DNA from: Mobula hypostoma
Taxonomy: Eukaryota
Direction of reading: 5' to 3'
Assembly (NCBI RefSeq): GCF_963921235.1
Contig: NC_086097.1
Span: 79,486,001 to 79,550,000, forward strand
DNA: 64,000 bases
A program made the position numbers and the translations under genes. Positions 51,821 to 64,000 of this stretch are shown here, in pieces. Below the pieces are notes generated by a model. The model was not told where the DNA came from. It was given only the letters and a program-made list of their open reading frames with translations, and ran no database searches. Each line of letters begins with the position of its first letter. Position 1 is the first letter of the stretch.

Positions 51821-52645
51821 GTTCTAAGTTAATTTATTATCAAAGTACATAGGTATATGTCACCACAACCTTGAGATTTGTTTTCTTGTGGACGCACTCA
51901 GAAAATCCAAGAAGCATAAAAGTATCAACAGGAGATTGCACCCAACAGGATGGATAAACAACCAATGTGCAATAGACAACAAACTGTGTAAATATAACAT
52001 TTAAAAAATGGATAAATAAGCAATGAATATCAATAACATGAGATGAAGAGTCCTTGAAAGGTGAGTCCATAAATTATGGGAACAGTTCAGTGTTGGGGTG
52101 AGTGAAGTTGAGCGAAGGTATCCCTTCTGGTTCAAGAGCCTGATGGTTGAGGGGTAATAACTGTTCCTGAACCTGGTGGTGTGAATCCTGAGGCTCGTGT
52201 ACCTTCTTCCTGGTGCAGCAGTGAGAAGAGAGCATGGCCAGGGTGGTGGGGGTTCTTGAAAATGGCCCCCCTTGAAAATAGAGTGCTGACTGTGATAGTG
52301 GTGGGGAAGGCTTTACCCCTAATAGACTTTTTGTAGGACTTTCTGTTCAAGGGTATTAGTGTTTCAATACCAGGCCATGATGCAAGCAGTCAATGTACTC
52401 TCCACCACACATCTATAGAAGTTTGCCAAAGTTTTAGATTCATGCTGAATCTTCGCAAACTTCTAAGGAAGTTGAAGCGTTATCATGCTTTTTTTGTTAT
52501 TGCACTTATGTGCTGGACCCCCAACAGATCATCTGAAATGATAACACCAAGGAGTTTAAAGTTACTGATGCTCTCCACCTCTGATCCCCCAATGAAGGCT
52601 AGCTCAGGAACCTCTGGTTTCCTCCTCTTGAAGTCAATAATCATC
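51820..52645 (-). mobile_element. Rex1/Babar LINE 3' part
   Basis: KNPHHPGHALFSLL motif in ORF 52132..52350. Similar to the 49093-49750 segment. Confidence 0.8.
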
Positions 52646-52674
52646 ACAAGGAGTGGAGGGAGATATGATTACAA

Positions 52675-52830
52675 ACACAAGAAAATCTGCAGGTGCTGGA
52701 GGTCCAAAGCAACACGCACAAAATTCTGGAGAAACTCTACAGGTCAGGCAGCACCTATGGAAAGGAATAAACAGTTGACTTTTTGGGCTGAGACTCTTCA
52801 TCAGAACCCTTCATCATATCCTTCATCAGC
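52675..52830 (-). mobile_element. Short Penelope-like fragment inside a CR1 3' end
   Basis: 12-bp TSD ATATGATTACAA at 52663-52674 and 52831-52842. Ends in a hammerhead core remnant. Confidence 0.8.
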
Positions 52831-53840
52831 ATATGATTACAATGTTCAATAGGCGTTTTGACAAGTACCTAAGAAAGGTGCAGAGGAATTTGCCCAAATG
52901 CAGGCAAATGGAATTGGCATAGATTATGGTTGGATTAGGTGAGATAGGCCTGTGTAAAGAATTTCTGTGCTCATCTGTACAATTCTACGATTCTATGAGA
53001 CTAATAAATGTGAGTCAAAACCCATATGATTTCCTAATACACTTCATAAAAGGAAATGTGCTGTCCTGAACTGACATGGCCTAAAAGCAGCCCATGATGT
53101 ACAATGATGTGCCTGACACTTGACTGCTTCCAGACAGACTGAAGTAGTACAAGAAGCCAATGCACCCTTTAAATCAACGATCAGCAATAATTGCAGGCCT
53201 TGCCAATACTGTCCACAATTAATGAGTGAATAAAAGGAACCTTTTTTATCAACCTGCGTATAAAAATATCAGTCTAATGCCTTCTTTTGATGTGTTTATG
53301 CAATAAGCTGAACTCAATCATTTCCTGGATTTTCTTGATTTCGATATCAGCACAAAATTTAAAAAAAGCAATGTTTTAACTCAACAAATATACTGTATCA
53401 ATCCACAAACATTTGGTAACAATTTCAAGGAAAAGGAAGCTACTGTATTGCCAAGTTGTGTTTATCACCCAGTGATTTGATGAAAGCAATACATTCTTAC
53501 TTTTCAAGCGGACTGCAGTTACATAAAAAACTGTAACCACTGTTGCGCTCCAGTAATGTTTAAAAATGTGAAGTCTGAATGTTCAGCTAACCAAAACTGT
53601 CCTTGTTGTTGACATTTATGAATTCCCATTATAAACTTGGAAAATTACATTACTTTGTGCATAGATGCCTGGCATGCACACAGTTTCAAACACATTTATG
53701 CAATGAAGAAAATCATTTTGATAGTACATATAAAGCGGAGGAGGAAAAGATAATTAAACTTACGACGGGTTTACTTATGGGACAGAATAAAATAAGATTT
53801 CATAATTAGACATATATCCTCCAAGCTTTATCATTCATCT

Positions 53841-54063
53841 TTTTTTTAAAAACGCAAACAACAGGAATTCTGCAGATGCTGGAAATTCAAGCAACACACA
53901 TCAAAGTTGCTGGTGAATGCAGCAGGCCAGGCTGCATCTCTAGGAAGAGGTATAGTCGACGTTTCAGGCCTGACGAAGGGTCTCGGCCTAAAACGTCGAC
54001 TGTACCTCTTCCTAGAGATGCTGCCTGGCCTGCTGCGTTCACCAGCAACTTTGATGTGTGTTG
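53841..54063. mobile_element. Fold-back Penelope-like element with 79-bp arms and a 14-nt loop
   Basis: 14-bp TSD TTTATCATTCATCT at 53827-53840 and 54064-54077. Arms 53892-53970 and 53985-54063 match at 75/79 by hand count. Confidence 0.9.
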
Positions 54064-54523
54064 TTTATCATTCATCTGTTTCTTTGCAAAATAACTCCAG
54101 CTGGACATTAAGTACATTGGCTTCAGAAAAGGACCAAAATAAATTCTGGCAGTTTGCAAAAGTAAAGTGGTATCTGGCTGGAACTCCTAGATGAGATGAA
54201 ATTTAAAAAAAAACAATGCAGTCTTCAATTTATCATCATCATCAGGTGCCATGCCCATTTTCAGCTTTGACTGCCATGGCCCACACACTCCTGTTTCGGG
54301 TCAAGTGGATCAATTCATTGGTATTCATTTCCAGTTCTCTGGCTGCTGTCTGCATATCATTTGTCTTTTGTCTTTGCCAATTTATAACCCACATTTTCAA
54401 CATTTGAACTTGCCATTGATAAAGACAATTTAATTTCCTGCAATAGTCAACACCATTTTAGTGCAACCTGAAGCCCCCAGGGCCAGTGGGTCACCTGTTC
54501 TTGTTATACTTTTACTTGCTTTC

Positions 54524-55780
54524 TGAATCAGAATCAGAACCAGGTTTATTATCACTAAACTGGCATGTGACATGAAAATTGTTAACTTAGCAGCAGCAGT
54601 TCAATGCAATACATAATACAGAAGGGAAAAAAATAAATACATATAAAATAATAATTATAAATAAGTAAATCAATTACAGTATACGTATATTGAATTGATT
54701 AAAAAACGTGCAAAAAAAAGAAATACTGCATACTTAAAAAAATGACGTAGTGTCCATGGGTTCAATTTGGGAATTGGATGGCAGAGGGGGAGAAGCTGTT
54801 CCTGAATCCCTAAGTGTGTGCATTTAGGCTTCTATACCTCCTACCTGATGGTAACAGTGAGAAAAGGGCATGCCCTGGTGCTGGATGTCCTTAATAATGG
54901 ACGCTGCCTTTCTGAAACACCGCTCCCTGAAGATGTCCTGGGTACTTTGTAGGCTAGTACCCAAGATGGAGACAACCAGATTTACAACCTTCTGCAGCTT
55001 CTTTCGGTCCTGTGCAGTAGCCCCATCCATACCAGACAGCAATGCAGCCTGTCAGAATGCTCTCCACGGTACATCTATAGAAGTTTTTGAGTGTACTTGT
55101 TGACATGCCAAATCTCTTCAAACTCCTAATGAAGTATAGCCGCTGTCTTTCCTTCTTTATAACTATATCTATATGTTGGGACCAGGTTAGATCCCTCAGA
55201 GACCTTGACACCCAGGAGCTGCTGATCCCTCTATGAGGATTGGTATGTGTTCCTTCATCTTACCCTTCCTAAAGTCCACAATCAGCCCTTTCATCTTAAT
55301 GATGTTGAGTGCCAGGTTGTTGCTGCGGCACCAATCCACTAGTTGGCATATCTCACCCCTGTACGCCCGCTCGTCACCACCTGAGATTCTACTAACAATG
55401 GTTGCATCGTCAGCAAATTTATAGATGGTATTTGAGCTATGCCTAGCCACACAGTCATGGGTATAGAGAGAGAAGGGCAGTGGGCTAAGCACACATCCCC
55501 GAGGTGCACCAGTGTTGATTGTCAGTGAGAAGGATATGTTATCACCAATCCGCACAGATTGTGGTCTTCCAGTTAGGAAGCTGAGGATCCAATTGCTGAG
55601 GGAGATACAGGGGCCCAGGTTCTGCAACTTCTCAATCAGGATTGTGGGACTGATAGTGTTAAACACTGAGCTATAGTCGATGAACAGCATCCTGACACAG
55701 GTGTTTGTGTTGTTCAGGTTGTCTAAAGCCTTATGGAGAGCCACTGAGATTGTGTCTGCCCTTGACCTATTGTGGCATCT
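54524..55780 (-). mobile_element. Rex1/Babar LINE, 5'-truncated
   Basis: ORF 55196..55834 is RT ([22 protein letters not shown]). (GAATCA)n tail at 54524. Confidence 0.9.
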
Positions 55781-55859
55781 TTTAGTTGCAGCTTGTTCTA
55801 TCTTAGGTCTAATCCAATCAGTAAGGCAATACAAGAGTTTATGGTCATAAATTTAACAG

Positions 55860-56905
55860 AGACTTTTGGATCAGAAATCAGTAATTGTAATATATCTGAA
55901 TTTTCAAAATGCATTTCATAAAATCGAACATAAAAAATAGTCAAAAACAAGATAAGGGGCCCTGGGATGATGAGTGAATATTAACACAATAGAGTAACAT
56001 AATTGGTCAAAGGACATAAACTGTAAAAGGATCAAGGGATCTTTTTCACATCAGCAAGCTGCAGCTGATGAAAATTCATTAAAAAGCTTAAAAACCAGTT
56101 CTATATCTGCCCTTGAAACAGTATCAGGTGGAAAGCTAAGCTACGAGGAGGAGACAGAGTCTATAAAAGGAACACAAGGAAGTAATGCGGGAGGAGGAGA
56201 ACAATTTGGGAAAATGTGCAATTGTGCACTTTAGTAGGAAGAACAGAAAAGGAGAATATTTTTGAAATGTTGAGGGTCCTTGGTCTATTGGTTTAGTCAA
56301 TGTAGAATGTAGACATGCAAACATTGCAATTAGAAAAATAAAATGGTATGCAAGTTTCTAATAAATAGGAGTTGGAGAACATAAATAAAGAGGTTGTGTT
56401 AAAATTTTGCTTTACATAGATGATACCATATTTGAACCATTGTTCATAGTTTTGTCTTCATATGTGTGGAAGAATATGCTGGTGTTGGAATTAGTGCAGC
56501 CTAGATTTTCACCATCGGTTCCTTGGATGACGGTCCTGACGAATAATGAGTAAACTTTTGAGCTCATTGGAGTTTACAAGAGTAAAAGACGATCAGACAG
56601 ATGTTGATGCTGCAGTTCTGGGAGGCTATTTCTTTGTGGTGGAGAAATCAGAACTAGGGGATGAAGTCTTCAAACAGGATGGTAACTATTTAGCAAGCAG
56701 ACAATGAGAAATTTTGCAGAGGATTGTGGAAGCTCAGTTATTAAGTAAGTTCAAAACTGAGATCAATAGACCTTTGGACACAAGGGATATGTTTATCAGA
56801 AAGCAAGTGAGATTGAAGGTCAGCCATAAACATAATAAATGGCAGAACAGGTTCAAAGAACCATATTGCTAATTGTTGGTTTTATCTATATTTCTATGTT
56901 TTCTG
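55860..56905 (+). mobile_element. Highly decayed CR1 fragment (approximate)
   Basis: Eroded RT motifs and 3' end (ttctatgttttctg). Confidence 0.55.
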
Positions 56906-56959
56906 ATCTTGTAGAAGTGTTTATTGCTGATTAATTAATAGCATTGGGTTGAATGTCCA

Positions 56960-58175
56960 TAAGCCATAAGATATAGGAGCAGAATTAGGCCTTTCAGTCC
57001 ATTGAATCTGCTCAGCCATTCCATCATGTCTGATTTATTATCCCTCTCAACCCCATTTTCCTCTCTTCTCCCCGTAACCTTTGATGCCCTGACTGATTTA
57101 GAATCTATCAATCTCTACTTTAAAAGTACACAATGACTTGGCTTCCATAGCTGTTTGTGGCAATGAATTTCACAGATTCACTACCCTCTGGCTAAAGAAA
57201 TTCCTCCTCATCTCTGTTCTAAATGGACGTCCCTCTATGCTGAGGCAGTGTCCTCTGGTCCTAGACTCATCCACGATAGGAAACATCCACTCTATCTATG
57301 CCTTTCAATATTTGATAGGTTACAATCAGATCGCCCTCATTCTTCTAAACTCCAGTGAGTACAAATCTAAAGCCATCTAACACTCCTCATACATTATTCA
57401 TGGTATAATTTTTGTGAACTTTCTCTAGACCTTCTACAGCACTAGCACATCTTTTCTTAGATAAGGGGCCCAAAATTGCTCACGATTCTCCAACTGCAGT
57501 CTGACTAATGCCTTATAAACCTTAGTATTACATCCTTACTCTTATAGTGTCTCAAAATGAATGCTAACATTGCATTTGCCTTCCTTACCATTGTCTCAAT
57601 CTGCAAATTAACCTTTAGGGAATCCTGTACAAGGACTCACACGTCCCTTTGCACCACTAAGTTTTGAATTTTCTCCCCATTTAGAAAATAATCTATACCT
57701 CTATTCCTTCTACCAAAATGCATGACCATACTTTCCCTTCACTATATTCCATTTGCCACTTCTTTGCCCATTCTCTCAGTCTATTTAAGTCCGTCTGCAG
57801 ACACCCTGCTTCCTAAGCACTATCTGCCCCTCCAACTATCTTCATATCATCTGCAAAACTCCATCATCTAATGCGACATATAATGTGAAAAGAAGCAGTC
57901 CTAACACCGACCCCTGAGGAACATCACTAGTCACTGGCAGCCAACCAGAAAAGTTTCCTTTATTCGCACTCTTGGTCTCTTGCCAGTCCGCCAATCTTCT
58001 ATCCATGCTAGTATCTTTCCTGTAATACCATGGGCTCAAGTTAAGCAGCCTCATGAGTTCCACCTTGTTAAAGGCCTTCTGAAAATCCAGGTAAACAATA
58101 TCCACTGACTCTCCTTTGTCTATCCTGCCTGTTATTTACTCAAAGAATTCCATCAGATTTGACGGGCAAGATTTG
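56960..58175 (-). mobile_element. CR1 LINE, 5'-truncated
   Basis: ORF 57842..58105 (DIVYLDFQKAF, VPQGSVLG). ccataagatatagg-type tail. Confidence 0.9.
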
Positions 58176-58289
58176 TCCCTGACATTCATAAGCTTACCAA
58201 ACATTCAATATACATGAAAAGATAAATATATCATAAAATATAATTAGAAGTTAATTCAAAAAATCTCTTCTTTGGAACGTGTCTCTCTA

Positions 58290-61200
58290 CGACCAACGAC
58301 ATAGGCAGGAAAAGGGATGAGATCCTGAAGTGTGAGTTTCGGGAACTAGGCAGAAGGCTGAAGAACAGGACCTCAAGGGTGGCGTTCTCCGGATTGCTGC
58401 CAGTGCTACATGACAGTGATGGTAAGAATTGGAGGAGATGGCAGTTGAATGCGTGGCTGAGGAGTTGGTGCAGGGAGCAGGGTTTTAGATTTTTGGATCA
58501 TTGGGATCTCTTCTGGGGAAAGTGGGACCTGTACAGATTGGATGGGTTGCACCTGAACTTGAGGGGGAGCAATATCCTTGCAGGTAGGTCTGCTAGCATG
58601 GTTCGGGAGGGTTTAAACTAATTTACAAGGGGGTGGGACCCAAAGAGATAGAGCAGTGAAAGAAGTGCATGGAGTAAAGCCAGATCTAACATATAAAGAG
58701 GGTTTGAGGAAAGAGAAGCAGAATAAAGGGTGTAAAGGTAGTAAGGTAGAAGGGCTAAAGTGCATGTACTTCAATGCAAGAAGCATCAGGAACAAAGGCG
58801 ATGAACTGAGAGCTTGGATACATACATGGAATTATGATGTACTGGCCATTACAGAGACTTGGTTGGCACCAGGTAAGGAATGGATTCTCAATATTCCTGG
58901 ATTTCAGTGCTTTAAAAGGGATAGAGAGTGGGGGGAAGGGGAGGAGGGGTGGCATTACCGGTCAGGGATACTATTATAGCTACAGAAAGGGTGGGTAATG
59001 TAGCAGGATTCTCTTTTGAGTCCATATGGGTGGAAGCCAGGAACAAGAAGAGAGCAGTTACTCTATTGGGAGTATTCTATAGGCCCCCTGGTAGCAGCAG
59101 AGATACCGAAGAGCAGATTGGGAGGCAGATTTTGGAAAGGTGCAAAAATAACAGGGTTGTTATCATGGGTGACATTAACTTCCCTAATATTGATTGGCAC
59201 CTGATTAGTTCCAAGGGTTTGGACGGGGCAGAGTTTGTTAAGTGTGTCCAGGACGGATTCCTGTCACAGTATGTTGACAGGCCGACTAGGGGGAATGCCA
59301 TACTAGATCTAGTATTAGGTAATGAACCGGGTCAGGTCACAGATCTCTCAGTGGGTGAGCATCTGGAGGACAGTGACCACCGCTCCCTGGCCTTTAGCAT
59401 TATCATGGAAAAGGATAGAATCAGAGAGGACAGGAAAATTTTTAATTGCGGAAGGGAAAATTATGACGCTATAAGGCTAGAACTTGCGGGTGTGAATTGG
59501 GATGATGTTTTTGCAGGGAAATGTACTATGGATATGTGGTTGATGCTTAGGGATCTCTTGCAGGATGTTAGGGATAAATTTGTCCCAGTGAGGAAGATAA
59601 AGAATAGTAGGGGGAAGGAACCATGGGTGATAAGTGAGGTGGAAAATCGTCAGGTGGAAGAAGGCAGCATACATGAGGTTTAGGAAGCAAGGATCAGATA
59701 AGTCTATTGAGGAATATAGGGTAGCAAGAAAGGAGCTTAAGAAGGGGCTGAGGAGAGCAAGAAGGGGGCATGAGAAGGCCTTGGCGAGTAGGGTAAAGGA
59801 AAACCCGAAGGTAGGACCGATTAAAGATAAAGGTGGAGGCTGTGGAAGTGAACGAGGTCCTCAATGAATACTTCTCTTTGGTATTCACCAATGAGAGGGA
59901 ACTTGATGACGTTGAGGACAATACGAGTGAGGTTGATGTTCTTGAGCATGTTGATATTAAGAGAGAGGAGGTGTTGGAGTTGTTAAAATACATTAGGACG
60001 GATAACTCCCCGGGACCTGACGGAATATTCCCCAGGCTGCTCCACGAGGCGAGGGAAGAGATTGCTGAGCCTCTGGCTAGGATCTTTATGTCCTCGTTGT
60101 CCACGGTAATGGTACCGGAGGATTGGAGGGAGGCGAATGTTGCCCCCTTGTTCAAAAATAGTAGTAGGGATAGTCCGGGTAATTATAGACGAGCCTTACG
60201 TCTGTAGTGGGAAAGCTGTTGGAAAAGATTCTTAGAGATAGGATCTATGGGCATTTAGAGAATCATGGTCTGATCAGGGACAGTCAGCATGGCTTTGTGA
60301 AGGGTAGATTGTGTCTAACAAGCCTGATAGAGTTCTTTGAGGAGGTGACCAGGCATATAGATGAGGGTAGTGCAGTGGATGTGATCTATATGGATTTTAG
60401 TAAGGCATTTGACAAGATTCCACATAGTAGGCTTATTCAGAAAGTCAGAAGGCATGGGATCCAGGGAAGTTTGGCCACGTGGATTCAGAATTGGCTTGCC
60501 TGCAGAAGGCAGAGGGTCATGGTGGAGGGAATACATTCGGGTTGGAGGGTTGTGACTAGTGGTGTCCCACAAGGATCAGTTCTGGGACCTCTACTTTTCG
60601 TGATTTTTATTAACGACCTGGATGTGGGGGTAGAAAGGTGGTTTGGCAAGTTTGCAGACGACACAAAGGTTGGTGGTGTTGTAGATAGTGTAGAGGATTG
60701 TCAAAGATTGCAGAGAGACATTGATAGGATGCAGAAATGGGCTGAGAAGTGGCAGATGGAGTTCAACCCGGAGAAGTGTGAGGTGGTACACTTTGGAAGG
60801 ACAAACTTCAAGGCAGAATACAAAGTAAGTGGCAGGATACTTGGTAGTGTGGAGGAGCAGAGGGATCTAGGGGTACATGTCCACAGATCCCAGAAAGTTG
60901 CCTCACAGTTAGATAGGGTAGTTAAGAAAGCTTATGGGGTGTTAGCTTTCATAAGTCGAGGGATAGAGTTTAAGAGTCGCGAGGTAATGATGCAGCTCTA
61001 TAAAACTCTGGTTAGGCCACACTTGGAGTACTGGTCACCTCACTATAGGAAGGATGTGGAAGCATTGGAAAGGGTACAGAGGAGATTTACCAGGATGCTG
61101 CCTGGTTTAGAGAGTATGGATTACGATCAGAGATTAAGGGAGCTAGGGCTTTACTCTTTGGAGAGAAGGAGGATGAGAGCAGACATGATGGAGGTATACA

Positions 61201-61537
61201 ACATATTAAGAGGAATAGATAGAGTGGATAGCCAGCACCTCTTCCCCAGGGCACCACTGCTCAATACGAGAGGACATGGCTTTAAGGTAAGGGGTGAGAA
61301 GTTCAAGGGGGGATATTAGAGGAAGGTTTTTTACTCAGAGAGTGGTTGGTGCGTGGAATGCACTGCCTGAGTCAGTGGTGGAGGCAGATATACTCGTGAA
61401 AATTAAGAAACTGCTAGGCAGGTATATGTTGGAATTTAAGGTGGGGTGTTATATGGGAGGCAGGGTTTAAGGGTCAGCACAACATTGTGGGCTGAAGGGC
61501 CTGTACTGTGCTGTACTGTTCTATGTTCTATGTTCTA
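58290..61537 (+). mobile_element. Relatively young CR1 LINE: ORF1 esterase C-terminus plus most of ORF2 (APE endonuclease and RT), frameshifted
   Basis: TNDIG...DGLHLN (SGNH esterase). YFNARSIRNK, AITETWL, MGDINFP and SDH (APE). QHGF, DFSKAFD, GVPQGSVLGP and FADDTK (RT). (TTCTATG)n tail. Confidence 0.95.
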
Positions 61538-62485
61538 CCTTCTAGTCCTTTCCCTCCATTGAAATAAATGCAGTATCTAAATATATGCAACTTCTAACAG
61601 GGCATGGATAAGTAGGCATGTTAGAAGTTGGTGCATTACCATGCAATGTTAGAGAGCAGTTGAGAAATTGTTGGTGAGGACCATCCAAGATTTTCAATAC
61701 ATTCATAATCCCACTAGAGTCACAAACTTTCTAACAGTGACCTGAGGAAATGCTAGCAATGACACATGGAAACATTGGCGTTTCTTAGGAAAATTCTGAC
61801 CAATAAAGTGAAATAATTATTGAACTGCAAAGATTTTTTTTCATCTAAAATATAAAAACTAGGAATCAATGTATTTTTGAGATAAACAAATGACTCAATA
61901 TATGATTGGGGGGTTCAACTTATGGTGGGAGCTAAGAAGGCTTATGTACGATAATGGCCTCACACCACTCCCATTTGCTTCATATTGATAGAGTCCAGGG
62001 TTTTGTGTGCTAATCTTGAGCAGCTTTGATTGTAAGATGGTAGGTTTGATTGCACAGCTGGTAGATTCATCAGTTGTGTGAGATTTGACATATTCTTTTA
62101 TCTTTTTCTCACAGGAACCTTCTACATTCTCATGTTTTGTTTTAAAGGATTGCATATGGTTCCAGATTGTCATCCTGCTGTCTGCACCACTGGGCAAAAC
62201 TAACTGATTTTCTTGCTGTGTTGCCATTTAAAGCTGTAGCTGTGGACAAATAATGTAATTGAACTGGTTATGTGACTTAGAGGAATGGCTTGCTGCCTGC
62301 ATGAAGATGCAGGTCAAAGTGGAATACTGAGGTAGCATACAGGTACAGAAGTCACCTCACAAGTCTTCCACCTTTAATCTTGTCTGCTCTAATACTTTTC
62401 AGAGGTATACTGTACACTCACATCCTTTAAGTTTATGTAATTAACATGTCTCCCTCACCATTTAAAACCTCCAAATTTCCTTACT

Positions 62486-63091
62486 AACAAGCAACACACA
62501 CAAAATGCTGGATAAACCCAGCAGGCCAGGCAGCATCTATAGAAAGGAAGTACAGTCGACATTTCTGTCCGATACCTTTTGGCAGGACTGAAGAAAAAGA
62601 GATGAGGAATAGATATAAAAAGTTGGGGGAGGGAAGAGAGAAACACAAGGTGATAGGTGAAACAGGGAGGGGGAGGGACGATGTAAAGTGCGGGAAGTTG
62701 AAAGTGGTACGGGGTTGAAGAAGGGGGAGACCAATACAAAAGAACAGGAGGCCATGGAAGGAAGAAACGTGGGGAGGGCCATCAGAGAGAGGTGATGGGC
62801 AGGCAAGGAGATAAGGTGAGAGAGGGAAAAGGGGATGGTAATGGTGAAGTGGGGGGGGGCATTACCGGAAGTTCGAGAAATCAATGTTCATGCCATCACC
62901 TTGTGTTTCTCTCTTCCCTTCCCCCACCTTTCATATCTACTCCTCATCTATTTTTCTCCGGTCCTGCCGAAGGGTCTCGGCCCGAAACATCGACTATACT
63001 TTCTTGTCTAGATGCTGGCTGGCCTGCAAGTTCCTCCAGATTTTGTGTGTTTTGCTTGGATTTCCAGCATCTACAGATTTTCTCTTGTTTA
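62486..63091. mobile_element. Fold-back Penelope-like terminal-repeat element with two variant hammerhead cores
   Basis: 13-bp TSD AAATTTCCTTACT at 62473-62485 and 63092-63104. Inverted arms about 62491-62653 and 62896-63058. Confidence 0.88.
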
Positions 63092-63868
63092 AAATTTCCT
63101 TACTCTTTGCTTTGGAAAATTTATATTTCATATATTATTAACAAGCTATCTTCAGCTGCCGAGAAAATGATCCTGTCAATAATCTGCTCAATCCCTTCCT
63201 AGTTTTCAGCATCTCATTTACAGTCTTTCATCTCAGCAACTGCCACAGGCCTTTTGGAATCTCACATCTGACAAGTGCATGTGTGATGCTTTTCACTCAT
63301 AGCAATCTGTGTTTTGTCTGGGTTCCACCACATGATGCTTTTTTTATATTTCTCTGGTTTTATGCTAAAAAGGAAACAAATGCATTAATTCTAGGGTTAC
63401 AATTTAGATCCAGAGATTGGAATTATTTAATTATACCAAAATGTAATTCACATTTATACAGGGAGCTGTATCTTGACCTTAAGGCTTGATGATTGGTGAG
63501 CTAATGTGTTGGTGCTTGACATCAACAAATGATCCGATTATTCAGTACCTTTCCTTCGAAAAATAAATCTTGGGTTGGGAAAGTAATAACCAAGGATAAA
63601 TATATATTGACAGTATTTAGTGCCTAGTCAAAGCAAGAGAGATTGAACAATATAAACTCATCAAACAATCATTCATTATTCACTCACTGATAGATTAAAA
63701 ATAACAAGCAACTTATCTGTAGTGATTTTCATTCAATTTTAACCCAGGCAACCTGTTCATAGTCTATACCTTCACAGTATGGTCTGGGTCAATTTTGACC
63801 CGGCCCAAGAATCCCCTCATAACAAGTGTCTATACCAAATTTTGAACCACAGATCTATTTTGAATGTA

Positions 63869-64000
63869 CTAGACAACCCGGTGACCTGTTGGGGCACCCT
63901 TTGAGAGCAAAGTAGTGCAGTCTGATGTGACCAGAATGAACATTAAATTTTCCTGAATGCTATTGCTATGCTTTGGAAGTTAAAGAAGAAAAACTCAGTT
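63869..64000 (-). mobile_element. 3' end of a second copy of the same Helitron family, running off the window
   Basis: Reverse complement aligns to about 33195-33332, including the hairpin and the CTAG|T terminus. Confidence 0.9.

Noticed and set aside
62328..62360. TGAGGTAG let-7-like start with a short hairpin
   Set aside because: The match is limited to 8 nt, the rest differs from let-7, and the stem is only 6 bp.
50240..64000. Preceding GPHN exon (…MSPFPLTSMDKAF…) and linker cassette exons
   Set aside because: No matching sequence found by eye. Probably beyond the right edge of the window.

Overview
Vertebrate genomic DNA, most likely a cartilaginous fish (ray/shark-like; inferred from the repeat families, not proven). 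The whole window lies inside the gephyrin gene (GPHN) on the minus strand. Eight consecutive E-domain (MoeA-like) exons were found at 50239-50147, 50057-50002, 46920-46801, 46086-46028, 43219-43066, 34613-34492, 21332-21245 and 10058-9985. All are GT-AG, phase-compatible, and total 766 coding nt. The neighbouring exons were not found in the window. The introns are a dense, nested transposon record: many CR1 LINEs (one near-complete, one three-level nest), Rex1/Babar LINEs, V-SINE/HE1-like SINEs, a solo LTR with a 5-bp TSD, and Tc1, mariner, Tigger and hAT DNA transposon relics. There is also a 1.5-kb non-autonomous Helitron with both termini, plus a second copy's 3' end. The most interesting system is a family of Penelope-like (GIY-YIG) elements carrying minimal hammerhead ribozyme motifs. 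They are inserted with 10-14-bp TSDs, often as fold-backs. One copy has an intact catalytic core on the GPHN pre-mRNA strand, one subfamily has a variant CUGCCGA core, and truncation points cluster at the ribozyme. Penelope-associated hammerheads are a known class; novelty of the variants is untested. No prokaryotic system or CRISPR is present. Repeat boundaries without a TSD are approximate.
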